A stretch of DNA of 64,000 nt from Gemmatimonadales bacterium (GCA_050183505.1 JBFXBG010000002.1:13881-77880), one strand, 5' to 3'. Positions 44,666 to 52,292 are shown, counted from the first letter of the stretch. Notes: generated by a model not told the origin, from the sequence alone. Numbers and translations: made by a program.

Positions 44666-44681
44666 GGCAAGCCGCGTACCG
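44666..44681 (-). promoter_or_regulatory. sigma54-type promoter upstream of flgB: CGGTAC-GCGGC-TTGCC
   Basis: GG-N10-GC spacing is correct. About 36 nt upstream of the flgB ATG, with GGAGG as the RBS in between. Confidence 0.5.
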
Positions 44682-44863
44682 CGATCCCGAACGGTACCGA
44701 TCGGATCGAGTCCGGCGATGCTAACTGACGATTGCTGCGGGAGTTGGGAAGGAGGGTCGGAGCGGCCGACACCCCGATGACGAAGGCCGGCGCGTGGGCG
44801 CCGGCCGGTTGACTCCGGAAGAATATTCCGACCGGGCGGCCATCCTTGCCGGTCGGTCAGGCC

Positions 44864-46267
44864 TCAGCCGCCGTCGGGGTCCTTGGTGTTGAGCTTGTTG
44901 CGAAGCGTGCGCTCGCTGATGCCAAGCAGCTCCGCCGCCTTGGAGCGGTGCCCACCCGTTGCCCGAAGCGCGCGCTGGATCATCCGCTCCTCCATCGACT
45001 TGAGGTCGAACGGCTCGTCGCCGGCGGGAGCGGCCGGAGCCGGGGCGGACGGCGCGGCGGCGGCGGCCACAGGGGCCCGGGCGGCGGGGCTCGCCGCCGG
45101 TGGCATGAGGTCTGCCACTGCCCGGAAGGCGGCAGCGGACAGCCGCTGGGGATTGAGAATCACCGCGCGTTCGATCGCGTTCGCGAGCTCCCGCACGTTC
45201 CCCGGCCAGGGAAGCCCCTGGAGGAGTGCATAGACATCCTCGGAAACCTGCGGCGGCCTGACCCCGAGTTCGCCGGCCGCAAGCTGGACGAAATGATCGA
45301 CCAGTACCGGAATGTCGTCCACCCGTTCCCGAAGCGATGGCGTACGGATCGGCACGACGCTCAGACGGTAGTAAAGGTCCCGGCGGAACCGCCCGGCCTC
45401 GACCTCCGCCAGAAGGGCCCGGTTGGTGGTGGCCACCAGACGGACGTCGACCCGGATCGTCTGGGTGCCGCCCACCCGCTCGAACTCCTGCTCCTGGATG
45501 GCACGGAGCAGCTTGGACTGCAGATCCAGCCGCATCTCGGAGATCTCGTCCAGCAGCAGGGTCCCCTTGTGGGCCCGTTCGAAGGCGCCGTGGCTGCGGG
45601 CGGTCGCCCCGGTAAACGCACCCCGCTCGTGCCCGAAGAGCGTGCTCTCGACCAGGCCCTCGGGCAGAGCCGCGCAGTTCACCGTCACCAGCTGGCCGGT
45701 CCGTCCGCTCTGTTCGTGGATCGCGCGGGCGAAGAGTTCCTTGCCGGTACCGGACTCGCCCTCGAGCAGGACCGTCGCCCGGGTGGGTGCCACGGTGGCA
45801 ATGGTGTTCATGACGGCCGCGATCACCGGGCTCTCACCGACGATGCGCCGGGCCTGACGGAGCGAGTTGATCTCCCGCCGGAAAGCATCGTTCTCCCGGC
45901 GGAGGCGTACCACCTCGATCGCGTTGTTGACTGCGATCCGCAGGGCCTCCGCCCGCACCGGCTTCGACAGGTAGTCGATGGCGCCGTGCCGGATGGACAT
46001 GACGGCATTCTCGATGCTGCTGTACCCCGTCATGATGATGACCGGGATGTCATGACCCTGCTCCCGGAGCCGGGCCAGCAGATCGATGCCGGTTTCGTCC
46101 GGCATGCGGTAGTCCGAGAGGATCAGGTCCAGCGGCTGACGCTGGACCACCTGAAGTCCCTCGCGCACGCTGGTCGCGAGAACCGGCTCGTGGCCGATCT
46201 CGGTCAGAGCATGCTCGAGGACGACACCGACGGCCGGTTCGTCATCAATGCAGAGGACTGTAGCCAT
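44864..46267 (-). CDS. sigma54-dependent response regulator (NtrC family; FlbD/FleR/FlrC-like)
   Basis: Receiver (LILSDYRMPDETG), AAA+ domain with Walker A GESGTGKE and GAFTGA loop (ERGAFTGA), and C-terminal Fis-type HTH. This is the C-terminal 467 aa of the 1197-aa ORF-track entry. Confidence 0.9.
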   Translation of the reverse strand: MATVLCIDDEPAVGVVLEHALTEIGHEPVLATSVREGLQVVQRQPLDLILSDYRMPDETGIDLLARLREQGHDIPVIIMTGYSSIENAVMSIRHGAIDYLSKPVRAEALRIAVNNAIEVVRLRRENDAFRREINSLRQARRIVGESPVIAAVMNTIATVAPTRATVLLEGESGTGKELFARAIHEQSGRTGQLVTVNCAALPEGLVESTLFGHERGAFTGATARSHGAFERAHKGTLLLDEISEMRLDLQSKLLRAIQEQEFERVGGTQTIRVDVRLVATTNRALLAEVEAGRFRRDLYYRLSVVPIRTPSLRERVDDIPVLVDHFVQLAAGELGVRPPQVSEDVYALLQGLPWPGNVRELANAIERAVILNPQRLSAAAFRAVADLMPPAASPAARAPVAAAAAPSAPAPAAPAGDEPFDLKSMEERMIQRALRATGGHRSKAAELLGISERTLRNKLNTKDPDGG

Positions 46268-46341
46268 GTGGGCGCGCCTAAGCGCGTCAGACGGACCGCC
46301 AGGCAGGGTGGCCGGAAACCGGCCGCTCGCAGGCCTGGGAC

Positions 46342-46369
46342 TCAAGGGGAATGACAAGATAACCGACAC
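46342..46369 (+). promoter_or_regulatory. candidate sigma28 promoter of flgL: TCAA-N16-ACCGACAC
   Basis: Same motif as upstream of motA, fliC and flgM. The spacer is one nt longer. Confidence 0.4.
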
Positions 46370-46385
46370 TGTGACAAAAGTCACA
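46370..46385. promoter_or_regulatory. perfect palindrome TGTGACAAAAGTCACA (CRP/FNR-type TGTGA-N6-TCACA) at the predicted flgL transcription start
   Basis: Read directly. Abuts the -10-like element and lies 18 nt upstream of the flgL ATG. Confidence 0.5.
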
Positions 46386-46402
46386 CACGAGGTGCAGGGA
46401 CC

Positions 46403-47272
46403 ATGAGGATATCGACCCAGCAGATCACCCAGAACGCCGTCCGGGCCCTCCAGGACCGGCTCACCAGCCTGGCCAGCGCCCAGGATGAGGTCACCACCGG
46501 CCGGCGGGTCAATACCGTGTCGGATGACCCGGTCGACGCGGGCCGGATCATGCGGCTGGACGGGAGCCTCCGGGACCTCGACCAGTACCGGCGCAACGGA
46601 ACCGCCGCCACCACCCGGTTGTCCGCCGAGGACTCGGTACTGTCGAGCCTGCGGAGCCTGCTCGGTCAGGCCCGGGACCTGGCCCTCAAGGCCGCCTCGG
46701 ACGATCCGGCTGATCCGACCCGGTTGGCGGCCCTGGCCGCGGTCAACCAGGTCAGGGACCAGGTGATCGGCCTCGGCAATACCCGGGTCGGCAACGAGTA
46801 CATCTTCGGCGGGGGGCAGAGCACGGTGGCTCCTTTCATTAATACAACCGGTACGTACGTGGGAGACTCCCTGGTGCGGCAGGCCGTGATCGACAACGGC
46901 GTGACGGTCGACCTGAACCACACCGGAGACCAGATCTTCCAACCCGCCCTCCAGGCGCTGGACGCCCTCCGGACCGAGCTGCAGACCGGGACGGCGGCTA
47001 CGATCCAGGCCTCCGCCGATGGGGTGAACGCAGCCGAAGACCAGGCACTGGCGGGCCAGTCGATCATCGGCCTCCGGCTGCAGCAGGTTCGGGACACCGG
47101 AGCCGACGTCGCCCGGCGGTCGGGCATGCTGATCGACCAGCGCAATGCCGTCCGGGACGCCGACCCCACGACCTCGGTCGTCAAGCTGATGGACTCCCAG
47201 TCCGCGCTGGAACGGGCCTACGCGGCCCTGGGCCGGGTGCTGAACACCAACCTGCTCGACTATCTGCGCTAG
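46403..47272 (+). CDS. flgL: flagellar hook-associated protein 3 FlgL
   Basis: MRISTQQITQNAVRALQDRLTSLASAQDEVTTGRRVNTVSDDP and a flagellin-like C-terminus. Confidence 0.85.
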   Translation: MRISTQQITQNAVRALQDRLTSLASAQDEVTTGRRVNTVSDDPVDAGRIMRLDGSLRDLDQYRRNGTAATTRLSAEDSVLSSLRSLLGQARDLALKAASDDPADPTRLAALAAVNQVRDQVIGLGNTRVGNEYIFGGGQSTVAPFINTTGTYVGDSLVRQAVIDNGVTVDLNHTGDQIFQPALQALDALRTELQTGTAATIQASADGVNAAEDQALAGQSIIGLRLQQVRDTGADVARRSGMLIDQRNAVRDADPTTSVVKLMDSQSALERAYAALGRVLNTNLLDYLR

Positions 47273-47305
47273 TCCAACTCCGGTCAGTCCTGCAGTGCCG
47301 TTCAT

Positions 47306-47340
47306 CCGCCCCGGGGATCCCCCCGGGGGCGGCTTCTTGT
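47306..47340 (+). terminator. hairpin CCGCCCCGGGG-atcc-CCCCGGGGGCGG followed by CTTCTTGT
   Basis: Read directly, 34 nt after the flgL stop. Confidence 0.45.
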
Positions 47341-47383
47341 GACCCCGGGGACTCCCCGGTACGGGGCCGCACAGCCGGCGCCC

Positions 47384-47410
47384 TAAAGTCCACCAGCGCC
47401 GGACCGACTC
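47384..47410 (+). promoter_or_regulatory. candidate sigma28 promoter of the flagellin gene: TAAA-N15-ACCGACTC
   Basis: Matches TAAA-N15-GCCGATAA in the -35 element, the spacing and the CCGA core. About 80 nt upstream of the ATG. Confidence 0.45.
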
Positions 47411-47491
47411 TAGGTGTGTCGGCACTTCCGCCGGCGTTCCCCGGGCAGAAGCCAGGGGCCTCGAAGGACCACCTAGAAAGGGGTTAGTACC

Positions 47492-48304
47492 ATGGCGATC
47501 AATGACATCACCCTCGCCGGCGGAATGCGGGGGAACCTCCAGAGCCTGCAGCTGGTCGACTCGCTGATGTCGCGGACGACCGAGCGGCTGGCCACGGGCC
47601 GGAAGGTGAACAGCGCGGTGGACGATCCGTCGGCGTTCTTCGCCGCGGAGAATCACCGCAGCCGCGCGGCCGACCTCTCCGCCCGGAAGGACGCGATGAG
47701 TGAGGCGATCCAGACCATCAGGGCGGCCAGCGACGGGATCAGCGGCATCACCAAGCTGATCGAGCAGGCCAAGGGTCTGGCGGCGAGCGCCCGGAGCGCC
47801 ACGACTGCGGATCGCGCCACCCTGGCGACCCAGTTCGACGCCCTGCGCACGCAGATCGACCAGCTGGCCGGCGATGCCGGGTACAAGGGGACCAACTTCC
47901 TCTCCAGCGGCTCGCTCACCGTGGAGTTCAACGAGAGCGGCAGCTCCAGCATCACCATCACCGGCTTCGACGGTTCGACCACCGGTCTGTCCATCTCGGC
48001 CGCTGCCAACTCCTGGGCAGCCGACGCGGACATCGATGCGGCCGTGACGGAGCTCGATGCCGGCCTCAGCACGCTGCGGACCAATGCGGCGACGCTGTCG
48101 TCCAACAACGGCGTCATCTCCACCCGGCAGGACTTCACCACCTCGATGATCAACAACCTGACCACCGGGGCGGACAAGCTGACCGCGGCGGACCAGAACG
48201 AGGAAGGCGCCAACATGCTGGCACTGCAGACCCGCCAGCAGCTGGGCATCGTCGCCCTGAGCCTGACCTCGCAGTCGCAGCAGAGCATCCTCCGGCTTTT
48301 CTAA
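47492..48304 (+). CDS. fliC: flagellin (short, about 270 aa, no large variable domain)
   Basis: N-terminal LQSLQLVDSLMSRTTERLATGRKVNSAVDDPSAFF and C-terminal LALQTRQQLGIVALSLTSQSQQSILRLF. Confidence 0.9.
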   Translation: MAINDITLAGGMRGNLQSLQLVDSLMSRTTERLATGRKVNSAVDDPSAFFAAENHRSRAADLSARKDAMSEAIQTIRAASDGISGITKLIEQAKGLAASARSATTADRATLATQFDALRTQIDQLAGDAGYKGTNFLSSGSLTVEFNESGSSSITITGFDGSTTGLSISAAANSWAADADIDAAVTELDAGLSTLRTNAATLSSNNGVISTRQDFTTSMINNLTTGADKLTAADQNEEGANMLALQTRQQLGIVALSLTSQSQQSILRLF

Positions 48305-48320
48305 CGGAGGCAAGTGGGAC

Positions 48321-48356
48321 GGAGGGCCGGCCGCCGTAATCCGGGCCGGCCTCTCC
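48321..48356 (+). terminator. GC-rich hairpin (GGAGGGCCGGCC ... GGCCGGCCTCTCC) after the flagellin gene; no U-tract
   Basis: Read directly, 17 nt after the stop. Confidence 0.35.
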
Positions 48357-48438
48357 CCCCCCGCCAGCGGGATCTCCCCCTGGGAGGCCGGGCGGCCTAC
48401 GCACAAGAAGACCAGCGCGGCACGGAAAGGAACCACCC

Positions 48439-48828
48439 ATGGCTCTCCGGCTCTCACTCAGGCCCTTCGAACGCGTCATCATCAGTGGCGCGGTGATCCA
48501 GAACGGGCCCAGCCGGACCGATCTGTCGGTCGAGAACCAGGTTCCCGTCCTCCGCGAGACCGATATCCTGAGCCCCGCCGCCGTGCGCACTCCCTGCGAG
48601 CGCATCTATCTCGCGCTCCAGCTGGCGTATGTCGATCCGGACCAGGGCCCCCGCAACCTCGCCGCCTACGACGCACTGGCGGCCGAGGTGCGGGCGGCGG
48701 CGCCGAGCTGCGGGCCGTTGCTGGAGCGGATCGAAGGCATGGTGGCCCGGCCGCGATACTATCAGGCCCTGAAGGCAGCGGCCGATCTCCTTGACTACGA
48801 ACGCGAGCTGATGGCCTATGTTCAATAG
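48439..48828 (+). CDS. flbT: flagellar biosynthesis repressor FlbT
   Basis: MALRLSLRPFERVIISGAVIQNG...VLRETDILSP...RIYLALQLAY matches the FlbT pattern. Confidence 0.8.
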   Translation: MALRLSLRPFERVIISGAVIQNGPSRTDLSVENQVPVLRETDILSPAAVRTPCERIYLALQLAYVDPDQGPRNLAAYDALAAEVRAAAPSCGPLLERIEGMVARPRYYQALKAAADLLDYERELMAYVQ

Positions 48829-49195
48829 CGCGATGCAGGCCTACGAAACCGGCGGGAAGGCCACCGCCTCCACCCGGGACCTCGAAGCCGCCGCCCTGTT
48901 CAAGGCCGCGCGCCTCCTGGAGAGCTGCCGGATGAACCTCGAGAGCGCGGACTGGAAGACCCGGATGGCGCAGGCGCTGCAGTACAACCAGCGTCTGTGG
49001 ACCTTCTTTCAGGCGGAACTGGCCGAGCCGGAACATCCACTGGAGCCCCGGCTTCGGGCCGACCTGCTGCAGCTGTCCTCCTTCGTGGACCGGCGCACCT
49101 TCGAGCTGATGGCGGACCCCGATCCGGCCGGCCTCCAGGTCCTGATCGAGATCGACCGGAGCATTGCCGCCGGACTGTCCGCCCGGACCGGGTGA
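48818..49195 (+). CDS. flaF: flagellar biosynthesis regulator FlaF
   Basis: AYETGGKATASTRDLEAAALFKAARLLE...ALQYNQRLWTFF...LRADLLQLSSFVDRRT matches the FlaF pattern. Confidence 0.8.
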   Translation: MFNSAMQAYETGGKATASTRDLEAAALFKAARLLESCRMNLESADWKTRMAQALQYNQRLWTFFQAELAEPEHPLEPRLRADLLQLSSFVDRRTFELMADPDPAGLQVLIEIDRSIAAGLSARTG

Positions 49196-49211
49196 CCGGT
49201 CCGGGGCGGCC

Positions 49212-49238
49212 TCAAGTTTGCAGGGAACCGGCCGACAC
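49212..49238 (+). promoter_or_regulatory. candidate sigma28 promoter of flgM: TCAA-N15-GCCGACAC
   Basis: About 49 nt upstream of the flgM ATG. Same motif family. Confidence 0.45.
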
Positions 49239-49286
49239 TGATGTCAGGGTGAAGCACGTCAGCGACCCAGAACCACGGACCAGAAC

Positions 49287-49625
49287 ATGCCCATCAACCC
49301 AGCCGGCTCGGGATCATGCACCCCGCCCGGCGCAGGCCGGCCGGAGGGTGCCGAAAAACCCCTCGCGGGCAGGGCCGGCAAGCCGTCGGACGCCCGGGAA
49401 GCCCCGGGGCACGCCGTTCCTGACGGCGTCGAGCTGTCGGACGCCGCCCGGGAGCTGTCCGAAAAGACCGCCAGTGAAGCGCCGCCGTCCGGAACTCTCT
49501 CCCCGGACCAGCTGCGCCACCTGGCCCAGCGCATTGCGGACGGTCACTACGATCGCCCGGAAGTCCGGGATCAGGTCGCGGCCAGTCTGCTGAAAGCGCT
49601 CAACGACCCCTCGACCGGCGCCTGA
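49287..49625 (+). CDS. flgM: anti-sigma28 factor FlgM
   Basis: C-terminal VELSDAARELS...LAQRIADGHYDRPEVRDQVAASLL (FlgM signature I..G.Y). Confidence 0.75.
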   Translation: MPINPAGSGSCTPPGAGRPEGAEKPLAGRAGKPSDAREAPGHAVPDGVELSDAARELSEKTASEAPPSGTLSPDQLRHLAQRIADGHYDRPEVRDQVAASLLKALNDPSTGA

Positions 49626-49632
49626 GGCACCC

Positions 49633-50013
49633 ATGCGGTTCCTGGTGGTGGACGACTCCATCACGGTTCGCCGCATTCTGGCCAATGCACTGCAGGAAAT
49701 CGGGTGCGAGGAGGTCCGCGAGGCGACCGACGGGAAGCAGGCACTCGAGATGTGCCAGGACATCGACGTGCTCATCACCGCCTGGAACATGCCGGTCATG
49801 AGCGGCCTCGACCTGGTCCGTCAGATCCGCGCCAACCCCGCCACCGCGAAGATCCGGATCATCCTCGCCACCAGCCGCAACTCCCGGGACGATGTCCAGC
49901 AGGCGGCGGAAGCCGGTGTCGACGGGTATATCCTCAAGCCCTTCGCTCAGGACAGCCTGCGGGCCAAGCTGGACGAAGTCCTCAACCCCGACCGCCCGGC
50001 CAGCGCCGCCTGA
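49633..50013 (+). CDS. CheY-like single-domain receiver with Ala at the phospho-acceptor position
   Basis: MRFLVVDDS..., VLITAWNMPVMSG (E. coli CheY has [12 protein letters not shown]), ILATS and GYILKPF. Confidence 0.85.
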   Translation: MRFLVVDDSITVRRILANALQEIGCEEVREATDGKQALEMCQDIDVLITAWNMPVMSGLDLVRQIRANPATAKIRIILATSRNSRDDVQQAAEAGVDGYILKPFAQDSLRAKLDEVLNPDRPASAA

Positions 50014-50281
50014 CCTCCAACCGGCGGACTATTCCGATAACTCGGAAGATCCTTCCGCCCGGCTTCCCTCGCCGAATCCTCAATCCGGCAGCGGCCGGAC
50101 TCTCCCCGGATCCCCGGACCCCTTACATCACAACGACTTACCGACGCTCTCCGCGCCGCGGGCCGGCCCTGGCACAGCGTCTGCTTTTCCCCTGCCCCAG
50201 TCCATCAGTGCCGGAACCCCGGCACCGGCCGCACGGCTCGTGCGGAAACCGCCAATCAGACATCGTAACCAGGTGGCCGAC

Positions 50282-51316
50282 ATGGGTGGGGCCAGCGAAT
50301 CCAGCATGAAGACCTCGATCACGAGCCTGCCGCCCGCAGGATCCCGCACGGCGGCACAGGCTCCCGGCGATGACCGGCCCTTGCGGCTGCTTACGGTCTC
50401 CAGCCGCCCGGGTACCGTGGCGTACCTCGGCCACCTGGTCCGGCTGGGCCACACGCAGCCCTTCGTCTACGAGGAATGCGATCGTCTGGCCACCGCCCTC
50501 AAGCGCGTCCTGCGCGGGGGGCTCGATCTGATCCTGCTCGACCTGACGCTCCGGGACGCGGACGGACTCAAGGCGCTGGCGGAACTCAGTACGGCGGCAC
50601 CGCAGATCCCGCTCGTGATCCTGGCCGATCAGGACGCCGAAACTGCCGCGATCGAGGCCGTCCGCCAGGGGGCACAGGACTATCTCCTGCGGGAGCAGCT
50701 GACGCCGGGGGCGCTGAGCCGCGCCGTGCGGTGCGCCATCGAGCGTCATCGTCATCTTCTGACCCTGCGGGATTTGAGCCTCACCGACCCCCTCACCGGG
50801 CTCTACAACCGCCGCGGCTTCTACGCCGTGGCCGAAGCGCAGATCCGGATGGCCCGCCGGGGGCGGCACCGCTGCCTGCTGGTCTGCGCCGACCTCGACG
50901 GACTGAAGGAAATCAACGACCGGCACGGCCATCAGGCCGGGGATCGCGCCATCCTGGAGGCCGCGCTGATCCTGCGCTCCTGCTTCCGGGATACTGACGT
51001 CATCGCGCGGTTCGGCGGAGACGAGTTCGTAGCCATGGCCTACGATGTCAGTCCCGACGCCGAACAGGTCCTCCTCACGCGGGTCGACAACTCCTTCAAG
51101 GCGGCCAATGGCGTCAGAAAGCAGGATTTTCAACTGACCCTCAGTGTCGGCACCCTGGGATTTGCCGGCGCCGAATCGGTGAATATCGGCCAGCTCATGG
51201 ACCGGGCGGACCGGGCGCTCTACCGGGAAAAACGGCGCCGGAACTCGGGACCGCATCACCTGATCCCCGGGGGGGTCCCGGCCGGCATTCACCGGTCCGC
51301 CGCCCAGTGCGCCTGA
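50282..51316 (+). CDS. response-regulator diguanylate cyclase (atypical REC plus GGDEF)
   Basis: LDLILLDLTLRDADG. GGDEF domain with RxxD-like site, DPLTGLYNRRGF and intact RFGGDEF. Start set at the ATG at 50282 (AGGTGG lies 5 nt upstream). Confidence 0.85.
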   Translation: MGGASESSMKTSITSLPPAGSRTAAQAPGDDRPLRLLTVSSRPGTVAYLGHLVRLGHTQPFVYEECDRLATALKRVLRGGLDLILLDLTLRDADGLKALAELSTAAPQIPLVILADQDAETAAIEAVRQGAQDYLLREQLTPGALSRAVRCAIERHRHLLTLRDLSLTDPLTGLYNRRGFYAVAEAQIRMARRGRHRCLLVCADLDGLKEINDRHGHQAGDRAILEAALILRSCFRDTDVIARFGGDEFVAMAYDVSPDAEQVLLTRVDNSFKAANGVRKQDFQLTLSVGTLGFAGAESVNIGQLMDRADRALYREKRRRNSGPHHLIPGGVPAGIHRSAAQCA

Positions 51317-51434
51317 GCGTTTCCCCCGGATATCCCCGGCTCAAGATTCGCCGACCGCAGCCGAGACTGGAGGAAACCGGCCGAAGCCCCCCGAGGGGGC
51401 CTGCCCTGACGCTCCAATCAGCCGACTGCGACCC

Positions 51435-52292
51435 ATGCCGTTTTCCGAACCGCGAACCCCGCACCCGCGGCAATCCCAGAAGCTGGAGACCATGGGGATG
51501 CTCGCGGCCGGAATCGCCCATGAACTCTCCGCCCCGCTGCAGGCCGTCGGAGACAATACCCATTTCCTGGGTGAGGCCTTCGGCCGGCTGATCCGGTTGC
51601 TGGGGGTCTACCGGGACGCATGCCGCGCGGGCACGGTGGGAAGCGACACGGCCGGGGCGCTGGAAGCAGCCGAGACCGATCTGGGCTACCTCGAAGTGGA
51701 GATTCCGCTCGCGGTTGCGCAGATGCGCGAGGCGATCGGGCGCGGCACCGAGATCGTGCGCGCCATGAAGACCCTGGCGCACCCGGGGGATGCCGAGATG
51801 TCGCCGGCCGATCTGCACAAGGTCATCCTCGGGGCGATGCTGCTGGCCAAGCCGCGCACCCGGGACCTCGCGGTGGTGACGACCGATTTCGGTGACTTGC
51901 CGCATGTCGTCTGCCAGCCCGGGCTGCTGAACCAGGTCTTCCTCAACCTCCTGCTGAACGCCGCCGACGCCATCGCCGAAACGCCGGGCACCGGCGTGCG
52001 GGGCTCCATCCGGATCCGGACCCGGTTGGAGGACACCGAGGCCGTCGTCGAGATAGCGGACTCCGGCGCGGGGATCCCTCCGGCGGTCCGGGATCGCATC
52101 TTCGAGCCGTTCTTCACCACGAAGGCGGTCGGGGTCGGCACCGGCCAGGGGCTCGCCATCGCCCGGGCGATCATCGAAGAAGAACACGAGGGGCGGATCT
52201 CCCTCGAGTCCGAGCGGGGCCAGGGAACCACGTTCCGGGTCCGTCTGCCGGTGAGCGGCCCCGCCCGGCGGGCCTCGCGGAGGATCGCATAA
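51435..52292 (+). CDS. cytoplasmic histidine kinase without a sensor domain
   Basis: KLETMGMLAAGIAHELSAPL (H-box). N/G boxes LLLNAADA, DSGAGIP and GTGQGLAIA. Confidence 0.8.
   Translation: MPFSEPRTPHPRQSQKLETMGMLAAGIAHELSAPLQAVGDNTHFLGEAFGRLIRLLGVYRDACRAGTVGSDTAGALEAAETDLGYLEVEIPLAVAQMREAIGRGTEIVRAMKTLAHPGDAEMSPADLHKVILGAMLLAKPRTRDLAVVTTDFGDLPHVVCQPGLLNQVFLNLLLNAADAIAETPGTGVRGSIRIRTRLEDTEAVVEIADSGAGIPPAVRDRIFEPFFTTKAVGVGTGQGLAIARAIIEEEHEGRISLESERGQGTTFRVRLPVSGPARRASRRIA

Noticed and set aside
47418-47434. Sigma54-like GGCAC...GC in the flagellin leader (tcGGCACttccgccgGCg)
   Set aside because: The spacing between GG and GC is one nt too long for the canonical -24/-12 geometry, and the TTGC element is absent. 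The sigma28-type element upstream fits better.
47410-47476. Long-range 7-bp pairing CTAGGTG / CACCTAG that would enclose the flagellin 5' UTR, considered as a possible FlbT target structure
   Set aside because: The 5' arm overlaps the end of the predicted -10 element and would probably lie upstream of the transcription start. The structure therefore may not exist in the mRNA, and I cannot evaluate it without a mapped 5' end.
46268-48457. Upper 730 codons of the 1197-aa minus-strand ORF (44864..48457), antisense to flgL and the flagellin gene
   Set aside because: Only the C-terminal 467 aa (from MATVLCIDDE at 46267) form a coherent NtrC-type protein. The remainder is low-complexity, Arg/Gly/Pro-rich and lies opposite two well-supported genes. 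This is the typical stop-free antisense frame of very GC-rich DNA.
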